Counted from the whole stretch's first letter, positions 25,639 to 39,043 are shown. The stretch is DNA of 63,647 bases, filler included, from Thelocarpon superellum (GCA_026025795.1; 5 parts of 5 records of this genome joined end to end with filler, not necessarily neighbours in it), one strand, 5' to 3'. Made by a program: numbers and translations. Notes: generated by a model from the letters alone, not told the origin.

Positions 25639-28515
25639 CTCTAGGTGGGATTCAGGCTTCCGTAGCGCAAATCGGCTCTGGAAGACGGGGCTTGACGTTC
25701 TTGGCGAAGACGGGGCTTGACGTTCTTGGCAGAGGATGGGATTCGAGGAAATGGGATGGACGGGGTGTACCGGAATGCTTCGGTCGGGCGTGGTAGTGTG
25801 CTGGCAGCGGCCACGCCGGAGCTCGCCACGGGAGTCTCCAAGCGATGCGAGGGACGGAACCTTGCGTCATTTGGACAGTCTAGAAAGTAGTTCTTCAAGT
25901 AAGTTACTGCAGTCTTGTTCTCATGACCAGCACACCTGCACAGCTATTAGCGGCTCTCCTCTTCACCAAGCGAGTAGTCTGGAGTGCTCCCTACAACACC
26001 AGCGTCGACGGTCACAGTGGTATGGGGTGCCTCCGTGCACGATGAGCATCCTATTCTATGATAGTAAAGTTGGAACTGCGCAGACTAGCGTCCACCGGCG
26101 AACGTTAGGGGCGCCACCCCCGCATTCTAGGCCACCGACGACAGGGATGGTCAGTCATATCCCGGGTGTTCATTCCGGGGTTGAACTGGACCATGGTCCG
26201 ACCACTTGTGGTTTTCCGCTTTGGCGGTCAATGCTGTGGTCGTGGCCTGGCCGGGGCCAGTAGCTTTTGCTTCTATAGCACGACCCACTGCAAGCCACAG
26301 GGTCCAGGCATACCCTTGCGCTGTCCGTCCTGCATCCTGGCCTGGCTGAGCTGTATACATCAGAGGCCTATAGACTATGTTACCTAGTTCAGCCACCTGG
26401 TGGGTCGCCGTAAGCGTCTTACGAGGACCTGAGGTAGGGTCACGATGACAGTCGTTAGTCATTAGCGAATGCCGGCCCTTGCACAAGGTCCAGGTCCAGG
26501 CACAGGCACAGGCACAGGCACAGGCGGCAAATCTTACACCTCCCAACTACACGTCCTCATTGAAACTTCCTAGAAGCGCGCGTCGGCGCGTCAGCGCAAC
26601 AGCGCGACGGCGCGACCGCATCATCGCGAGAGCGTATGGGGTCGCGCCGTCCCCGCGCCGATTGTGACGCTCGGACGGAGTTGGTGTTTCTTCCCTGCCA
26701 TTCCCTTTTCCATTTCCCCCTTCTGTCTTCGTTCCTCATCCTTCTCAACTACCCCTCCACCTACAGCGCTACCTTTGCCATCCCGTGACCAACGACGGCT
26801 AGGTGCAAGACTGGTAAGTCAGCATCCTTCGCTCGCTCGCCCCATGCCCCTTCCACCATGGCGCCGGCGGGGGACAAGGCATAAGCGCGCAAGCGCTCGC
26901 CAGTCACTCCACCGTACTACACCACCCTCCTCCCGGCCCCCTTCGGCCCTTCGGGCCCCGCCCTCATTCTTCCTTCGACCGGCGTAGGAGATCCCTCCTA
27001 GTGCGCGTGTAGGGCTACTCTGCCACTGCCCTGCCCTCCCCTGCTCTGTTCGGCTCGGCTCGGCCCTTCTTTGTGTGAGGACAATGGAGAGAGAGGAGGG
27101 GAGGGGAGACGAGGCGAGGGGAGAGGAGGGGAGGGCAAGAGTGGTCGCACACGTGGTAGATCTGTATGTACTCGTACTCGTGCCGCGAGAGTGTGGGCCC
27201 CTCCGGTCTCGACCATCTCGCTTCGTTTCCTTCTGTTCGTTCGTCTCGTAGGGTCTGGGGTCGTGACTGCGCTTCTACTGTGCTCACTGCCCACGTCGTA
27301 CCTTCAGGTGTGCAATCTGTGTGAACATCGTGCGCGGTGACCCATTTGACGGGACGTCGGAGGCGGCACCACTACTGCCGCTTCGGACGGAGAAGCTATG
27401 TGGTGTCGACGGGCCGGCAGATCCGTAGTTATAATGCGATCTGATCCGTCATGACCACCCAGCCCACCCACGGCCGCGGTAGATTGAAGAGTCAATCAAT
27501 GAGATAAACAGAGTGAGCGAGCACGGTCGGCAGCGGAACAGTTGTCCAAATTCAACTAGATGGAATGATCTCCTCTGTGCCGTTGCTCCTTCCGTTCTCC
27601 TTCCGTTCTCCTGCCGTTCTCCTTCCGTTCTCCTTCCGAATCATCACTAATGGTGAGACGATCACAGCAACTGCCGAAGCTCCCGCCCCCCGCCCCGCCC
27701 CGCCCCCGCATTCTCGCGTAGAAATGTAGAGTTTGAGCCAATTCAAACTCTGCACCTGATCTGCTTCTTCCCACGCCCGCTACGCTCCCGATTCCCGACC
27801 ACGACCGTTCCGCAAGTCGCCAGATCCCTTCGTCATGAAGAGCAGTAGGCGCCGCTTGGAACGTCAGGTAAGGGATATCCATTTGGCCTCGTTTCCGTAG
27901 ACCTCATCGATATACGCCGTGCAGGTAGTAGTCGTACTTCAGGTGAAACGATACGAGTCCGATCAAAGCAGGTCGAGAGTCAAATTGTAGTAGTAGGGAG
28001 AATGTAACAAACTCCCCAGTCCTGAAATTCCCCTAGTCCGCCCCGTCTATACCCGTTTTCCTCCCATGCCACCACGGATCATTCCTTCATCCATCAATCG
28101 GGCGATGAGAGATGACAACTTTCTAGCGAGCGTCTACGCACATGGCCGTGTCCCTGGCCCTGGCCCTGGCCCATGCCAATCCGTCCAGCACACCCAAAAA
28201 TCATCCCATCCATACATCAGTTCAATCGGTCGGTCGGCCCTGGACATGATCGTGACAGCTCCGGCACTGCGCAAGGACCTGAAGGAGTTGAAGGAAAGGG
28301 CGGGTGGCCGTGTCTTGTGTAAGGAAGATGAAGAAGATGGGGAGGAAAATGAGAAAGGAGAAAAATGAGCAAGGAGAGAGAACCAAAAGATGAAGAAAAG
28401 TCTATGGGGTGGAAGGAGCACGCGCAGAGGACCACAAAGGAAAGCGAAGAGACCGAGTCCACGTCGGACCCACGAGACACCCGCGCCGAACGTGGCCGCG
28501 GCGTGTCGGTGAATG

Positions 28516-30164
28516 TTAGCTCGACCACACCGCGTGCGACGCGTCGACTTCTTGCAGGTGCGGCGTCGGCGAGGAGCTGTATTGCGGGATCCACGGCGCC
28601 TCCGACGAGTCATCGCTCGCCGGCAGCGAGAAGCTGACGTCCTCGCGGGGAACGGAGGTCGGCGCCAGCTTCGACGCCTTCTCCACCGGGTAGCTGGCCG
28701 CGCGGTAGGCCTCGTCGGCCGGCGCCGACGTCGGTGGCAGCTTCTCCGCCGTCTCGAGATGGTACCGCTCGACCGCGCCGTACGCGTGGCTGTCGTCGCT
28801 CGTCGCCTCCGTCGCCGGGTAGGCGGAGGCGCTGCTGGCCGTGCCGTTGAGGTAGTCGTCAATGTCGAGCGACTCGAGGTTGCCCGACGCGAGCATCGAC
28901 ATCTGCGGCAGCCCGTGGAAGGACGAGGTCCCGCTGAGCCGGTACGAGTCCGTCTCGCACACCTCCGACGAGTCGGACGGGAAGCGGTTGTGCACCAGAC
29001 TCGGCGGCTGGATCGGGCTGGGGTTGCCAAAGGGCGCGTAGTCGCCCATCTCCGACGGCTCGCCCGACGACGCGTTCGACATCGGCGGCCCGTTCAATCC
29101 GCGGTAGTCGAAGCTGGCGTACGACGGCGGCTGCGCGTACGAGGGCGAGAAGCCGTGGCTGTTGAGCGGCAGGTCAAAGTGCGACCAATCCACCGACGGC
29201 GCGTCCAGCCCGGCCGAGAGGATGGGCTGGTCCGTGTCGGGCGTGGCGCAGAAGTAGCTGTCAAAGGGCACCGACGTGACCCCGTGCAGCTCGAGCTGCG
29301 ACCGACTGGCCGCCGACGCGCCAAAGTCGGTGAAGGACAGATCGAGCGGCGGCAGCTGTCCGTGTAGCTCATCCAGCCCACACGCCGCCGTCGGGTGGGG
29401 CGAGCCGTGCTCCGATCGCACCAGGCGCACGTCGTGCTGCGCGCTGAGGATCGAGTCCTTGATCGGCGACGGCGCGTGGGACGTCTCCACCGAGTTGGTC
29501 GCCGGGAGGCTGTCCACCGACCGCCGCGCCATCTCCGAGTTGCCGTGCACCGTATGCGGTCGAGGGATGGTATATGGCACCCCGCACTTCTGCGACATGT
29601 GGTTGTGCTTGTGCGCCGGCTTGTGATGGCCGTTGGCAAACACCGTGAGCGTGCCCTCCGAGTGCGCCGCCGTCAGTCGTGGCTTGGCGTAGCCCCGGCC
29701 ACGGCCCTCGTCGCGCCCGCCGCCGAGCTCCGGCACGGAGCCGAGGTGGTGCTCCTTTTTCAGCGCACAGGAGCATCGTCCGCCGTGGCTGCAACAGCAG
29801 GCGCTGGCGTCTAACGTCATCCGGTCAGCCAAGGTCGCGGCGCGGGAGGAGGCCGGACCCACCTTTGCCATCGCCCTTCTCGCCATGCGTGCATGCCCCA
29901 GCGCCATGGGCGCCGTCACCACAGTCGCACTTGACGTGCGCCGAGCGAGACTTTCGGAGTCCGCGGCAGTGTTGACATTGGGACACCGGGCGACCTTTCT
30001 TGTTGATATGTTGCAGCGGCCGGTCTGCGCATCATCAGCAGAGCTCACGCAAGCCTGCGACCACGGCCGCGAGTGGCACATCACTCACCAGAATGCTGGC
30101 AATTGCTGACACGGTGCCCGCGTACGCAGGCATCACATGCCCATTTCTCCCCGTCGATCAACAT
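28516..30164 (-). CDS. aceA: Copper-fist transcription factor (Ace1/AceA/Haa1-like)
   Basis: Spliced N-terminus MLIDGEKWACDACVRGHRVSNCQHSDRPLQHINKKGRPVSQCQHCR...HVKCDC (introns 30025-30088 and 29811-29863), then CCCSHGGRCSC and NGHHKP motifs. Confidence 0.9.
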
Positions 30165-33100
30165 GGTGGCGGGCGGGTGGGGGAGGACGCGTAGAGGTGA
30201 TGAAGAGGAGGGGGGAGAGAAGAGGCAAGGACGGAGCGGGTAGGAGGAAGGAGGGGCGTAGGTGGGGTGGTCGTGGGCGCGGGCGTGGCGAATCGATCAA
30301 TCCCGGCGCGCGAGCTGATGCGCGTCTGGCGAACGGCGACGGTCGACTGACCCCGCAGCGGTCGCGAGAGCAAGAGCGCACTGGCCGACCAAGCTCAACA
30401 CCCGGCACCCAATGGTCTCGGCCAACGCAGCGAGACGGCCGCGACCGAACGGTGCAACGACCACAACGGACGAACCAGTGGATCCGAACAGGACACACAC
30501 GTCGACCGCGATGAGGTGATGGGGAAGGAAACGAGAGGGAGCCGGGCGAGGAGGTGTGGGCAGCCGGCGGATTATAGTCTTCCGTCGCGGGCGCGGGCGC
30601 GGGCGCGGGCGCGAGCGCGGGTGCGGGTGCGGATGTGTGCCAGGTCGGTTCTGACCTCCGTACCCCAACAAGCGACGGGCGCGCACGCTGGACTCGCAGG
30701 GAAGGGGGGGTTCCCTCGATGGGCGGTGGGAGGCGGTGGGCGTGCGACTGGCGTACCGTGGCGGCCAACCTTTAGCTACTTGTATCGTACCAGCATCGCT
30801 GCCGAGCTAGCCAGAGCCAGTTGGATCGGGGCGGCGGAGCGTGGCATGGTGCTGGAGGGCCGCCTGTGCGACTCGCGCCCATGGGACGAGCGCGACGGGG
30901 GGGCAGAAGGGTGGGCGCCAAAGAAAGGGTAGCATCGTGCTATCGCTCGTCCCATTACGTGCGCCCTTGGGTCGCGACGAGACGAGCTTCACGAATCCGC
31001 CATGTTAGTGAGTCCACTACTCGCACGAGTACCCGCGGCGAGGCGAGCACTGGCCCTGGTGCTGGTGTTTTGCTGGTGCTTTGCTGGTGCTGCCGCGACG
31101 CTGCGATACCGCAACGCCGCTCGGGTGGCAGCCGTTGGCAAGCGACGAGGTCCGCTCCCTCATCGTGCTGCTCCCACGCCCACGCCCACGCCCATGCCCA
31201 CGTCCACGTCCATGCCCACGCCCACGTCCTCGCCGACGCCGACGCCGACGCCCGCTCGTAAACCCACTCGAGCTATCCTATCCTAGCAGCTGCTTGGCCG
31301 GTGCGGGAACGCTCGAGAGGAGCGTGTCCGCGCGGTGGTGCTGCTGGTCAGGTTGGCTGCCGTGCGGCCCTGCTCGAGCGAGCCAGAGCTCAGGCGGCCC
31401 TAGCCGATCCTGATGAAATCTTCCTTCGTCCCCTACCGCTAACATATTCCCACCTCCCTCTACCGCGTCCGCTCGCTCGTTCCACCGCCCAACTCGGCAG
31501 TGGAGACGAGGCCAACCAACACACTTGGTCGAGGAAGGCATGACACGAGCATCCGAACAACGGCCGCGGGCGGCAAAAGATAGATTACTCGGCATTTGGA
31601 GAGTTTCGAGAGACGGACGGGGCGGGGGAACAATCCTGATCAGCACCCGTTAATAGTTCGATACTTTTTCGCCTGTCGTCGGTGATTGCCATGCCCAAAG
31701 ACGGTATGTAGCACGGCGTCTCGTACCATCATTTCGTCGTTTGCTCATTTAGACCAAGAAATCGTCTTGGCCAAGGCGACAACCTGCCTAAGCCGACCGA
31801 AAGATGCGCATCATTTCGCAGGAGGAGTGAGGGTAGCACCGCCCGCGTCCACGGGACACGATCAGAACGGAAGCCCAAGGGCTGCCACGGCTCGGCGCGG
31901 AGGAGCAGGCTGACACTCAACCTCACCCTCGCATCATCGCCGCGAGATCAGGCGGATCGATAGACGGTCGGATAAGGCGGGCAATGGCGGGCACTGCCGG
32001 GCACTGGCGGGGGTGCCAGCGCGAAGAGGGGTGCCCCGGCGCTATGATCGCTGCAAGCTTGCTCCCTGCTCGCCACGATTGGTGTGTAAAAGTAGCATCC
32101 GGGCTAGCCAGAGCGACCTCGCCCACGCCGTCCGCGCTGCCCACGCTGCCCTCGGGCCTTGTCTTTGCCCAACTCGCCCCTCGGGGCGACTCGGCGCTGG
32201 GGCGACTCGGCGCTGGGCCGGCGTGACGAGCGCTCGAAGTAACGAGGGACGAGGTGACGAAGGCACGGAGAGTTCCGCGCGGCGCCAGTCCTGCGTCGAC
32301 CCAAAGGAGCACGAGGACAAAAGGCAAATCGACCAGAACTGCGGGCCTGCCCTAGGACGAAGGAGGAGGAATTAGCAGCCTCAAGTGGCCGGCCAAGTGC
32401 GGAAGTCGATCCCTGGCGGAAGCGATCCAACGGGCGTTGCGAACCAGCGTTTCAAGACCACGCTGCCCGCGGCTGTCAGATGGTTGGGTCGAGCCTGCCT
32501 CGTGCCCTCGCTGCTTTCGCAAGCTTTTTCCGCACGCCCTTGAGGGGAGCGTCGGAACTCTGCCCGCACTGACCCCGCCCATCACGTTGTTCGTGAGGGG
32601 GCTGGTCAAGGACTCCAGCGCTCCCGCGTTCTCGCGCGCGCGCGGCCACGGTCCACCTCCCACCTGGCCGGCGCCTGGGGGCGACCGCTAGTGGTCATGA
32701 CCGCGGCGGAGGAATGGCTGGGGAATGTTCCTTCGGCCTTCAATGTGCCCCACTACCGAGAGCTCTCCACAACTACCGCGAGCCAATCAAACGCCCCTCG
32801 CTGAACGACCCCGCCGGCCCCATCGCCTCGCCCCATCACATGTCACGCGATGACCACAGCGACGCTCGACGAAATCCGTTGGGTCACTGGAGCCTACACT
32901 TTCCCATGTGGAGACCCTGAAATCAATCCTTCTCGCCTGCTCGACGGAAGCCAGGTCGAGAGTGCCTCCCTTCACGCTCTGGGAGGCGCGTCTTCACGCT
33001 GACGAGAAGCGCGGGATCCATCGCACGCTCGCCCTGCGCGCAGCCGGCTCGGCAGTGACCTGCCAAGCCGCGAGATTGCTGCAGCAGTATCTTAAGGGGG

Positions 33101-35521
33101 AAGTTACTGAAAGGTGCAAGCACCGTAGAGCGTCTTCGGGAAAACGTGAGGACGCACGTCACCGCGTCCGGTCCGTTTCGGGAGCATCTGCTCCATCTCC
33201 TGCACGTAGTGCATCCCTTTCGCCGCGGCAGATCCCGGGCTGCGGAGAGCGTCGATCAGCCGTTCCTCGCGGCAGATCCACGGACGATTCGCAGATGAAG
33301 AGCTTCCAGGCGCTCGCTCCGAGCGCGATGGGGCCGGCATCGTCACGGAGGGGACCGTGATGGTGGCGATGCGAGAATGGGGAGGCTTGGTGGCGGAACG
33401 TCGTCGTGGAGGCGTGACGATGTGCGAATGACGACGCCCCTCCCCTCCAAGCAGGGGTCATGGGGATCAGACGATTCCAACCAACGGCGAATGCCGACGG
33501 CCAAGGTCCTGGTCCTTGGGGCGCGACCGTGAGCGGACGGAGCGTCAGCACCGGCCATCCCTGGCCATGGACCTCATTGGCGTGGTGTCTCGGGTGTCTT
33601 GTTCCATCCTCCAGGGTATGGCGACAGCGAGGCTCGTGACTCCCCCGCACCGTAGGGCCTGTCGAGCTCGTAGGCCGGTAGGGCGTGGTCGAGCGCCCCG
33701 TCATCGATGAGATACCTGTTCGGGGCCTAGGGAGGATGCTGGCACCGGGTAGCGCCTGGGCGGGCCCTGGCACTTTCCGCAAGTCACGACAGCCGATCGG
33801 CAGTACTCTAAAAAGCTTTTGTCGTGGAGTCAAGGTTTCGGTCGCGAAGCCATGCGCTGACGTCCCGGGCGTTGGACCGGGTCCCTGACGAGGGTGCCTC
33901 CTTAGCTGCCGGCTTAGGCTTGGCCGTCCAACGTCCTTCCCATTACCTAACCTCCGACTCTGTACCTCCGAGACTGGGAGACACGAGGACGAGTACCCCA
34001 CAGATCCCGGGGGGCCCTGGCACCGCGGGCGGACATGGCCCTTTGCCTTTTACCTTTCGCCACGACCACCTCCGCCAGTTGCGACGGAAGGTCTGATCGT
34101 GCGACAGATGCCGTGACCCGCCGGCACTCGATCCAGCGGAACCGGCACTGGTGGCGTCGGCGGCGGCCACGAGAGCCTGAGCCCCTTCGCAGTCTGCCCA
34201 AACGACCTCCGCACGCCAGCTAGCTTCGCTTCGATCGGATCGCACGCCACCATACATGACGGGGATGACCCAGCTTCACACCTGGCCATCATCCCGTCAT
34301 CCCATCACGCCCTCATCCACCGAGCAGATCCTGTCCCGCCAGCCCTCTCGGCTTGGCACGATTGGGGCGGCTCCGCCAATGAGAAGCAGACGACCTGGCC
34401 AGACCCGCTTACTTGCGTAGCCCTGGAGCCGGTAAGGCGAGAAGGGACGGCCATGATCACGCGACGAGAGACTGAGAATACTGGACAGGCCCCCCCCCGG
34501 ACAGGCATGTCATCGGGACCGGCGTGACGAGAAAGTGGGGAGACTGATGGAGGGGCCCATGGACGCCCCGCCACGCACGACCAGCGCCTTCTCCTGTAGT
34601 CGCGCTCGTACCGGTCATCGCCGCTTCCATCAACGCGGTCGAGCTCTGACATGATAAATCTCCGACTCAGAGCTGCCTAGTACCTGTGATGCCACACTGC
34701 TATGTCTGAAGTTCGGTCTGATGTGAGATGCAACAAAGTCACTTTCTAACCCGTGTCGAGAATGTGCTTAGTCAGCGGCGATCTGAGCTCCGACATCTCT
34801 ACGGCCGGACCAAGGAAGCTTATGGGATCACCCAGCATTGATTGCCTGTAAGTCGAGCGCGGAGGATCATGACTCCGTCGCCGTCATCGTGAGGGATGCT
34901 CGCGGAGACAGAAGAGTTGATGGAGGCGATTTGTCAGGGTAAGCGACGGCGGTCAGGCTGCCGAAATCTCCGACTAACACCTCCTCGAGTCGGCCTCGGC
35001 CGAACTTATGGGTGCGGATTATGTAAGACTGGGCTGCCGGTTGGTTCATCGGCCTCCGGATGCTCCGCCAGGGTGCTGCAATTCTTCCGGACCGGAGAAC
35101 CTGACCCAGATTTCCGGTCGAGCCAGGTATGTTACCTTTAAACGACCCAGGGCCACGCCGGTCACGTCCACGCCCACGCTCACGCCCAGGCAGTCACCGT
35201 AGATCCATCCCGGCCCAGCCAGAGAATCGGTCTCACCACTTTCGGGCTGTGTCCGTGGCGCTCGCAAAAGAGTCCCCCTCTTAACCCCATCGGGGCACGA
35301 GCCTCACCTCCGCATTCGCCCTCCCCCTCCCGCACGACTCACGGTCCCCTAATGCACGTCGAGCATTGAATGCCAGATGTCTACCAGAGCCGCGCGTGTG
35401 TCCACGGACTGATCTCGTTACCGTGACCCTCGTCTGCCTTCACGCCCTGCCTTCACGCCCTCCCTTCACCATGAACCTCGACGTGGTTGTCACCCATCCC
35501 TCGTAGTCGCCTTTCCTCCGG

Positions 35522-38225
35522 ATGGCCCATGATGAGGTGGCAGCGCCGGAGATCCTGTCGCGCATTTCCCCTTCCTCAACCTCCCCCGCCATCACCATCA
35601 TTGCTACGTCTGCGCTAAGCCCGTCCCACGGTCCCCACGCTGAGCCGGCGTCAGGGACACGGCATTCCGACGGCGCTGTCATGCATCCCCTCCAGTCTTA
35701 CCCGTCGCCTACCGCCCTGGCCGATGGCGCTGGCGCCGGCCCATTCTATTCGCACTCCCGACGCTCGTCTCCATCCGACAGCATGCAGCTTCCCGCACCG
35801 CTCTCCCGCCGTGAGATGCCCTCCATGGCGTCGATCTCAAATGGGGGCGCCCCCGACCTATCACGGGGCCCTCATGTATACGCCGCCGGAACGCAGCCCG
35901 ACCTCGACCTCCACGACGAGGTCTTGCAGGGCAACGCCAACACGCCGCGGAAGCGGTCCAAAGTGTCGCGGGCGTGCGACGAATGTCGGCGCAAAAAGGT
36001 ACGTCCAACAACAGTGGAGCACGATGTGAAGGAACCTCTGCTGACTTGACGCAGATTCGATGTGATGCCACGTCTGAGTCGGGACTCGAGCATTGCACCA
36101 GCTGCAAGCGCGTCGGCACCCGTTGCCAGTTCAGTCGGGTGCCAATGAAGAGAGGTCCCAGCAAGGGGTGAGTCTGGTCTCCCTGGAAGGGCTGGAAGGG
36201 CTGGAAGGGGGCGGGACCCGGCTGATGATGCTAGATACATCAAAGAATTGGCCGACCGACTGAATACGCTGGAGAATTCCATGATCCCGAGTCATTCGGT
36301 CGACGGCCACCATGCGCTCACGGACGGCGATGATCAGTCGCCTCGTGCCTCGGATGAATACTCGCCTCCCTCTTCAGCCGGGCGCGGCGGTCTCAAGCCG
36401 GTGCGGAAACGGACGTTCTCCGCCACGGCGGAGCATCACCCGCACGCCTTTCCACCCCATTTCCCCCATCGCGCGTCGACCGGGGGATGGCCGACGCATG
36501 AGTCCCCTCGACATTTACCCTATCCTGCATCCACGCTTCCGAATCCATCGACTCCGCACGTCGCCCCGGCCGCGGGCACGACCCTGCCCCCTGCATACCG
36601 CTCTCAGACCTCGCCGAATGGGGTGCACGCACAGCCGTTGTGGAAGCATGGAGTGCCCGAGGCGGCACGGAAGTCGAGTACGAATGTGAGGTACGACGTG
36701 AGCGACCGACCAGCGGGCCACGATGCCGGTGACACCATCCTCGAGTGGGATGAACAAGTCACCGGGCAATACTATCACATCATCCACCCGACCTATCCCC
36801 TGCTCCCCAATTCCAAAGACAGCCTTCGCTCTCGCTTGGCCAACTGCCCCGTCACACTGCGAGAGGCCTTCCTCGAGGCCCTGTCGGCCGCCGTCCGGTC
36901 CTTCCCATCGGCCCGGGTCACGTCGGCCCCACCGACGCGCGGTACGAGAAAGGCAGCCGATCTCATCGCGACGTCACAGTTTGAGAACCCAGCCACGCGC
37001 ACGATCTCGACCAACCTCATCTATCTGCAGACGATGGTGTTGATGGCGATCGAGGCGGACAACCGAGGACCGGCGAGGATGCGGGGTCACGTTGGTCCTC
37101 CCAAGGCGGTGTGGCTAGGCGGAGCCGTGGGGCTGGCGTACCATCTGCGTTTACACCAGTCTCTCGCGCCGGAGAACGTCAGCCAGGGAGACGATGAGGA
37201 TTCGGATGAGCGGATCGGACGACGTGATTGGTGGGTACTGGTGATGATGGATCGGTGGCATGCGTCGAGCACGTCCACGCCTCTCCTAGTGCCTTGCGCC
37301 CTTTTGTCCATTGCGCCCGAGGACCAGCACCTTTTGGGAGATGCGGCCTTCCACCTCAGCCGTAAGTCTCACCTCTCTCCATCGTCTCGTTCTGTTTCTC
37401 ACCGTGCCTCCAGGTCTCTCCCTGGTCCTTGGACAGCTCTCCTCGATAGTCACGACGCCAAAGCCGGAATTCTCGCCGACATCGGCCTCGATGCCAGTCA
37501 TCTCCAGCCTGCTGAGTGGCCAACTCGACCGCTTCCACGAGCACATCCGCCCTCCTCTTGCCTCTCAACCGCTCGTCGAGCTCGCGTACTGGCACGTCCG
37601 CTTGCTCATCATCTGGCACACGTCATCCAAGTGCCCACAGAGTCTCCTCACGGCGGTCATCCAGGTTGCCAACCTCCTCAACGCGCCCAGCACCCCGCCA
37701 TCTCCCCTCACACACTACTCCGCAGCGTTGGCCGCGCTCACCTTCACCGAGCTCTACCACACCCCGGAGACGCGCGATGAGGCCTGGAGCCTGGCACAGA
37801 CCTTGTCCGAGACGTTGAACCACTCGAGACAAGTCCCGGCTGGCGGGGACGCCGCGCCATCTGGCTGGATCGACGTGATCAACGACGCGATTCGACGAAA
37901 ACAACAACAGCATCAATCTCCCTCCAAGACGTCCACTGCCTCGACCGTCGCCCCACCAGCAACCGACCCTCCCCAGCAAGGCAGTCTTCAGCATCTCGCC
38001 GACCTCGCCGTGCGCGGCGAACACGGCGACTCGTCGCAGAACGCAACGGACTCGTCCCCTACTACCGCGTCCACTTCTCATGGCCCACCTCCAGCATCTC
38101 ATCAGCTTGCCCCGCCCGTGACCTTGGCCGATCCTACTCAACATCCCACCCCTCTTGATGCCTTGGCGCTGTCGCAGCATGGATTCATGGCTGCGTTGAT
38201 AGGAGACGAGGGGCCATTATCCTGA
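35522..38225 (+). CDS. Rgt1-like Zn(II)2Cys6 transcription factor
   Basis: KRSKVSRACDECRRKKIRCD...CTSCKR..CQFSRVPMKRGPSKGYIKELADRL, resembling the Rgt1 DNA-binding domain. Introns at about 35999-36054, 36168-36234 and 37362-37413. Confidence 0.88.
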
Positions 38226-38287
38226 GGAGGTTTGCGTGGGGAAATGTTTCTAAGAGGCGACGATGGATGATGGCTTACGGATGGATG

Positions 38288-38387
38288 NNNNNNNNNNNNN
38301 NNNNNNNNNNNNNNNNNNNNNNNNNNNNNNNTTAATTAATTAANNNNNNNNNNNNNNNNNNNNNNNNNNNNNNNNNNNNNNNNNNNN
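38288..38387. other. Artificial contig linker
   Basis: N/TTAATTAATTAA/N, 100 nt. Confidence 0.98.
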
Positions 38388-38389
38388 AC

Positions 38390-39043
38390 CCAGGAACCAG
38401 TCCAGGGTCCAGCTCGGGCGTTTCAGGATCCAGCTCAGGCAGTGCAGGATCCAGCTCGGGCGGTGCAGGGTCCAGCTCGGGCGGTTCAGGATCCAGCTCG
38501 GGCGGTTCAGGATCCAGCTCGGGCGGTGCAGAATCCAGTTCGGGCGGTGCAGGATCCAGCTCGGGTGGTTCAGGATCTGATTCCTACCAGCAGCAGCAGG
38601 CATCGGCATTCAAAGCATCAGAGGCATATGCAAACAATGGCGACTCGTCGTCAGGTGGCTCTTCTGGCAGCTCATCCGGTAGCTCCTCTGGCAGCTGGTC
38701 ATCTGGTGATTCTGGCAGTTCCGGTGGATCCAGTGGCTCCGGTGGATCCAGTGGCTCCAGTACTTCATCCAGCAGCTCATCATCCGGTGGCACTTCTACT
38801 GGCCCGTCATCTAGCTCTTCGTCCGGCGGCTCGTCGTCCTATAAGAGACGCCGGTGGCTTAAGAGCCTCCGCGAAGCAGTGCTGTCGCTCGAAAATACGA
38901 CCAACAATGTCACGAACTCGGGGGTATCCGGTCCTCCGCCAAACGCGACGCAGCTGGTTGAGCCTCCCTTTCCCTCGGGCGTTCGACATAACCCCAACCG
39001 ATACATCTTTCCATCACCGAGTACGCAGAAACCTCTCTCCTGA
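38390..39043 (+). CDS. 5'-truncated Gly/Ser-rich repeat protein
   Basis: Open frame from the contig edge: (GSSSGG[A/S])n from a 21-nt repeat with synonymous variation, then SYKRRRWLKSLREAVLSLENTTNNVT...QKPLS*. Absent from the ORF track because its start is off-contig. Confidence 0.55.
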   Translation, partial: PGTSPGSSSGVSGSSSGSAGSSSGGAGSSSGGSGSSSGGSGSSSGGAESSSGGAGSSSGGSGSDSYQQQQASAFKASEAYANNGDSSSGGSSGSSSGSSSGSWSSGDSGSSGGSSGSGGSSGSSTSSSSSSSGGTSTGPSSSSSSGGSSSYKRRRWLKSLREAVLSLENTTNNVTNSGVSGPPPNATQLVEPPFPSGVRHNPNRYIFPSPSTQKPLS

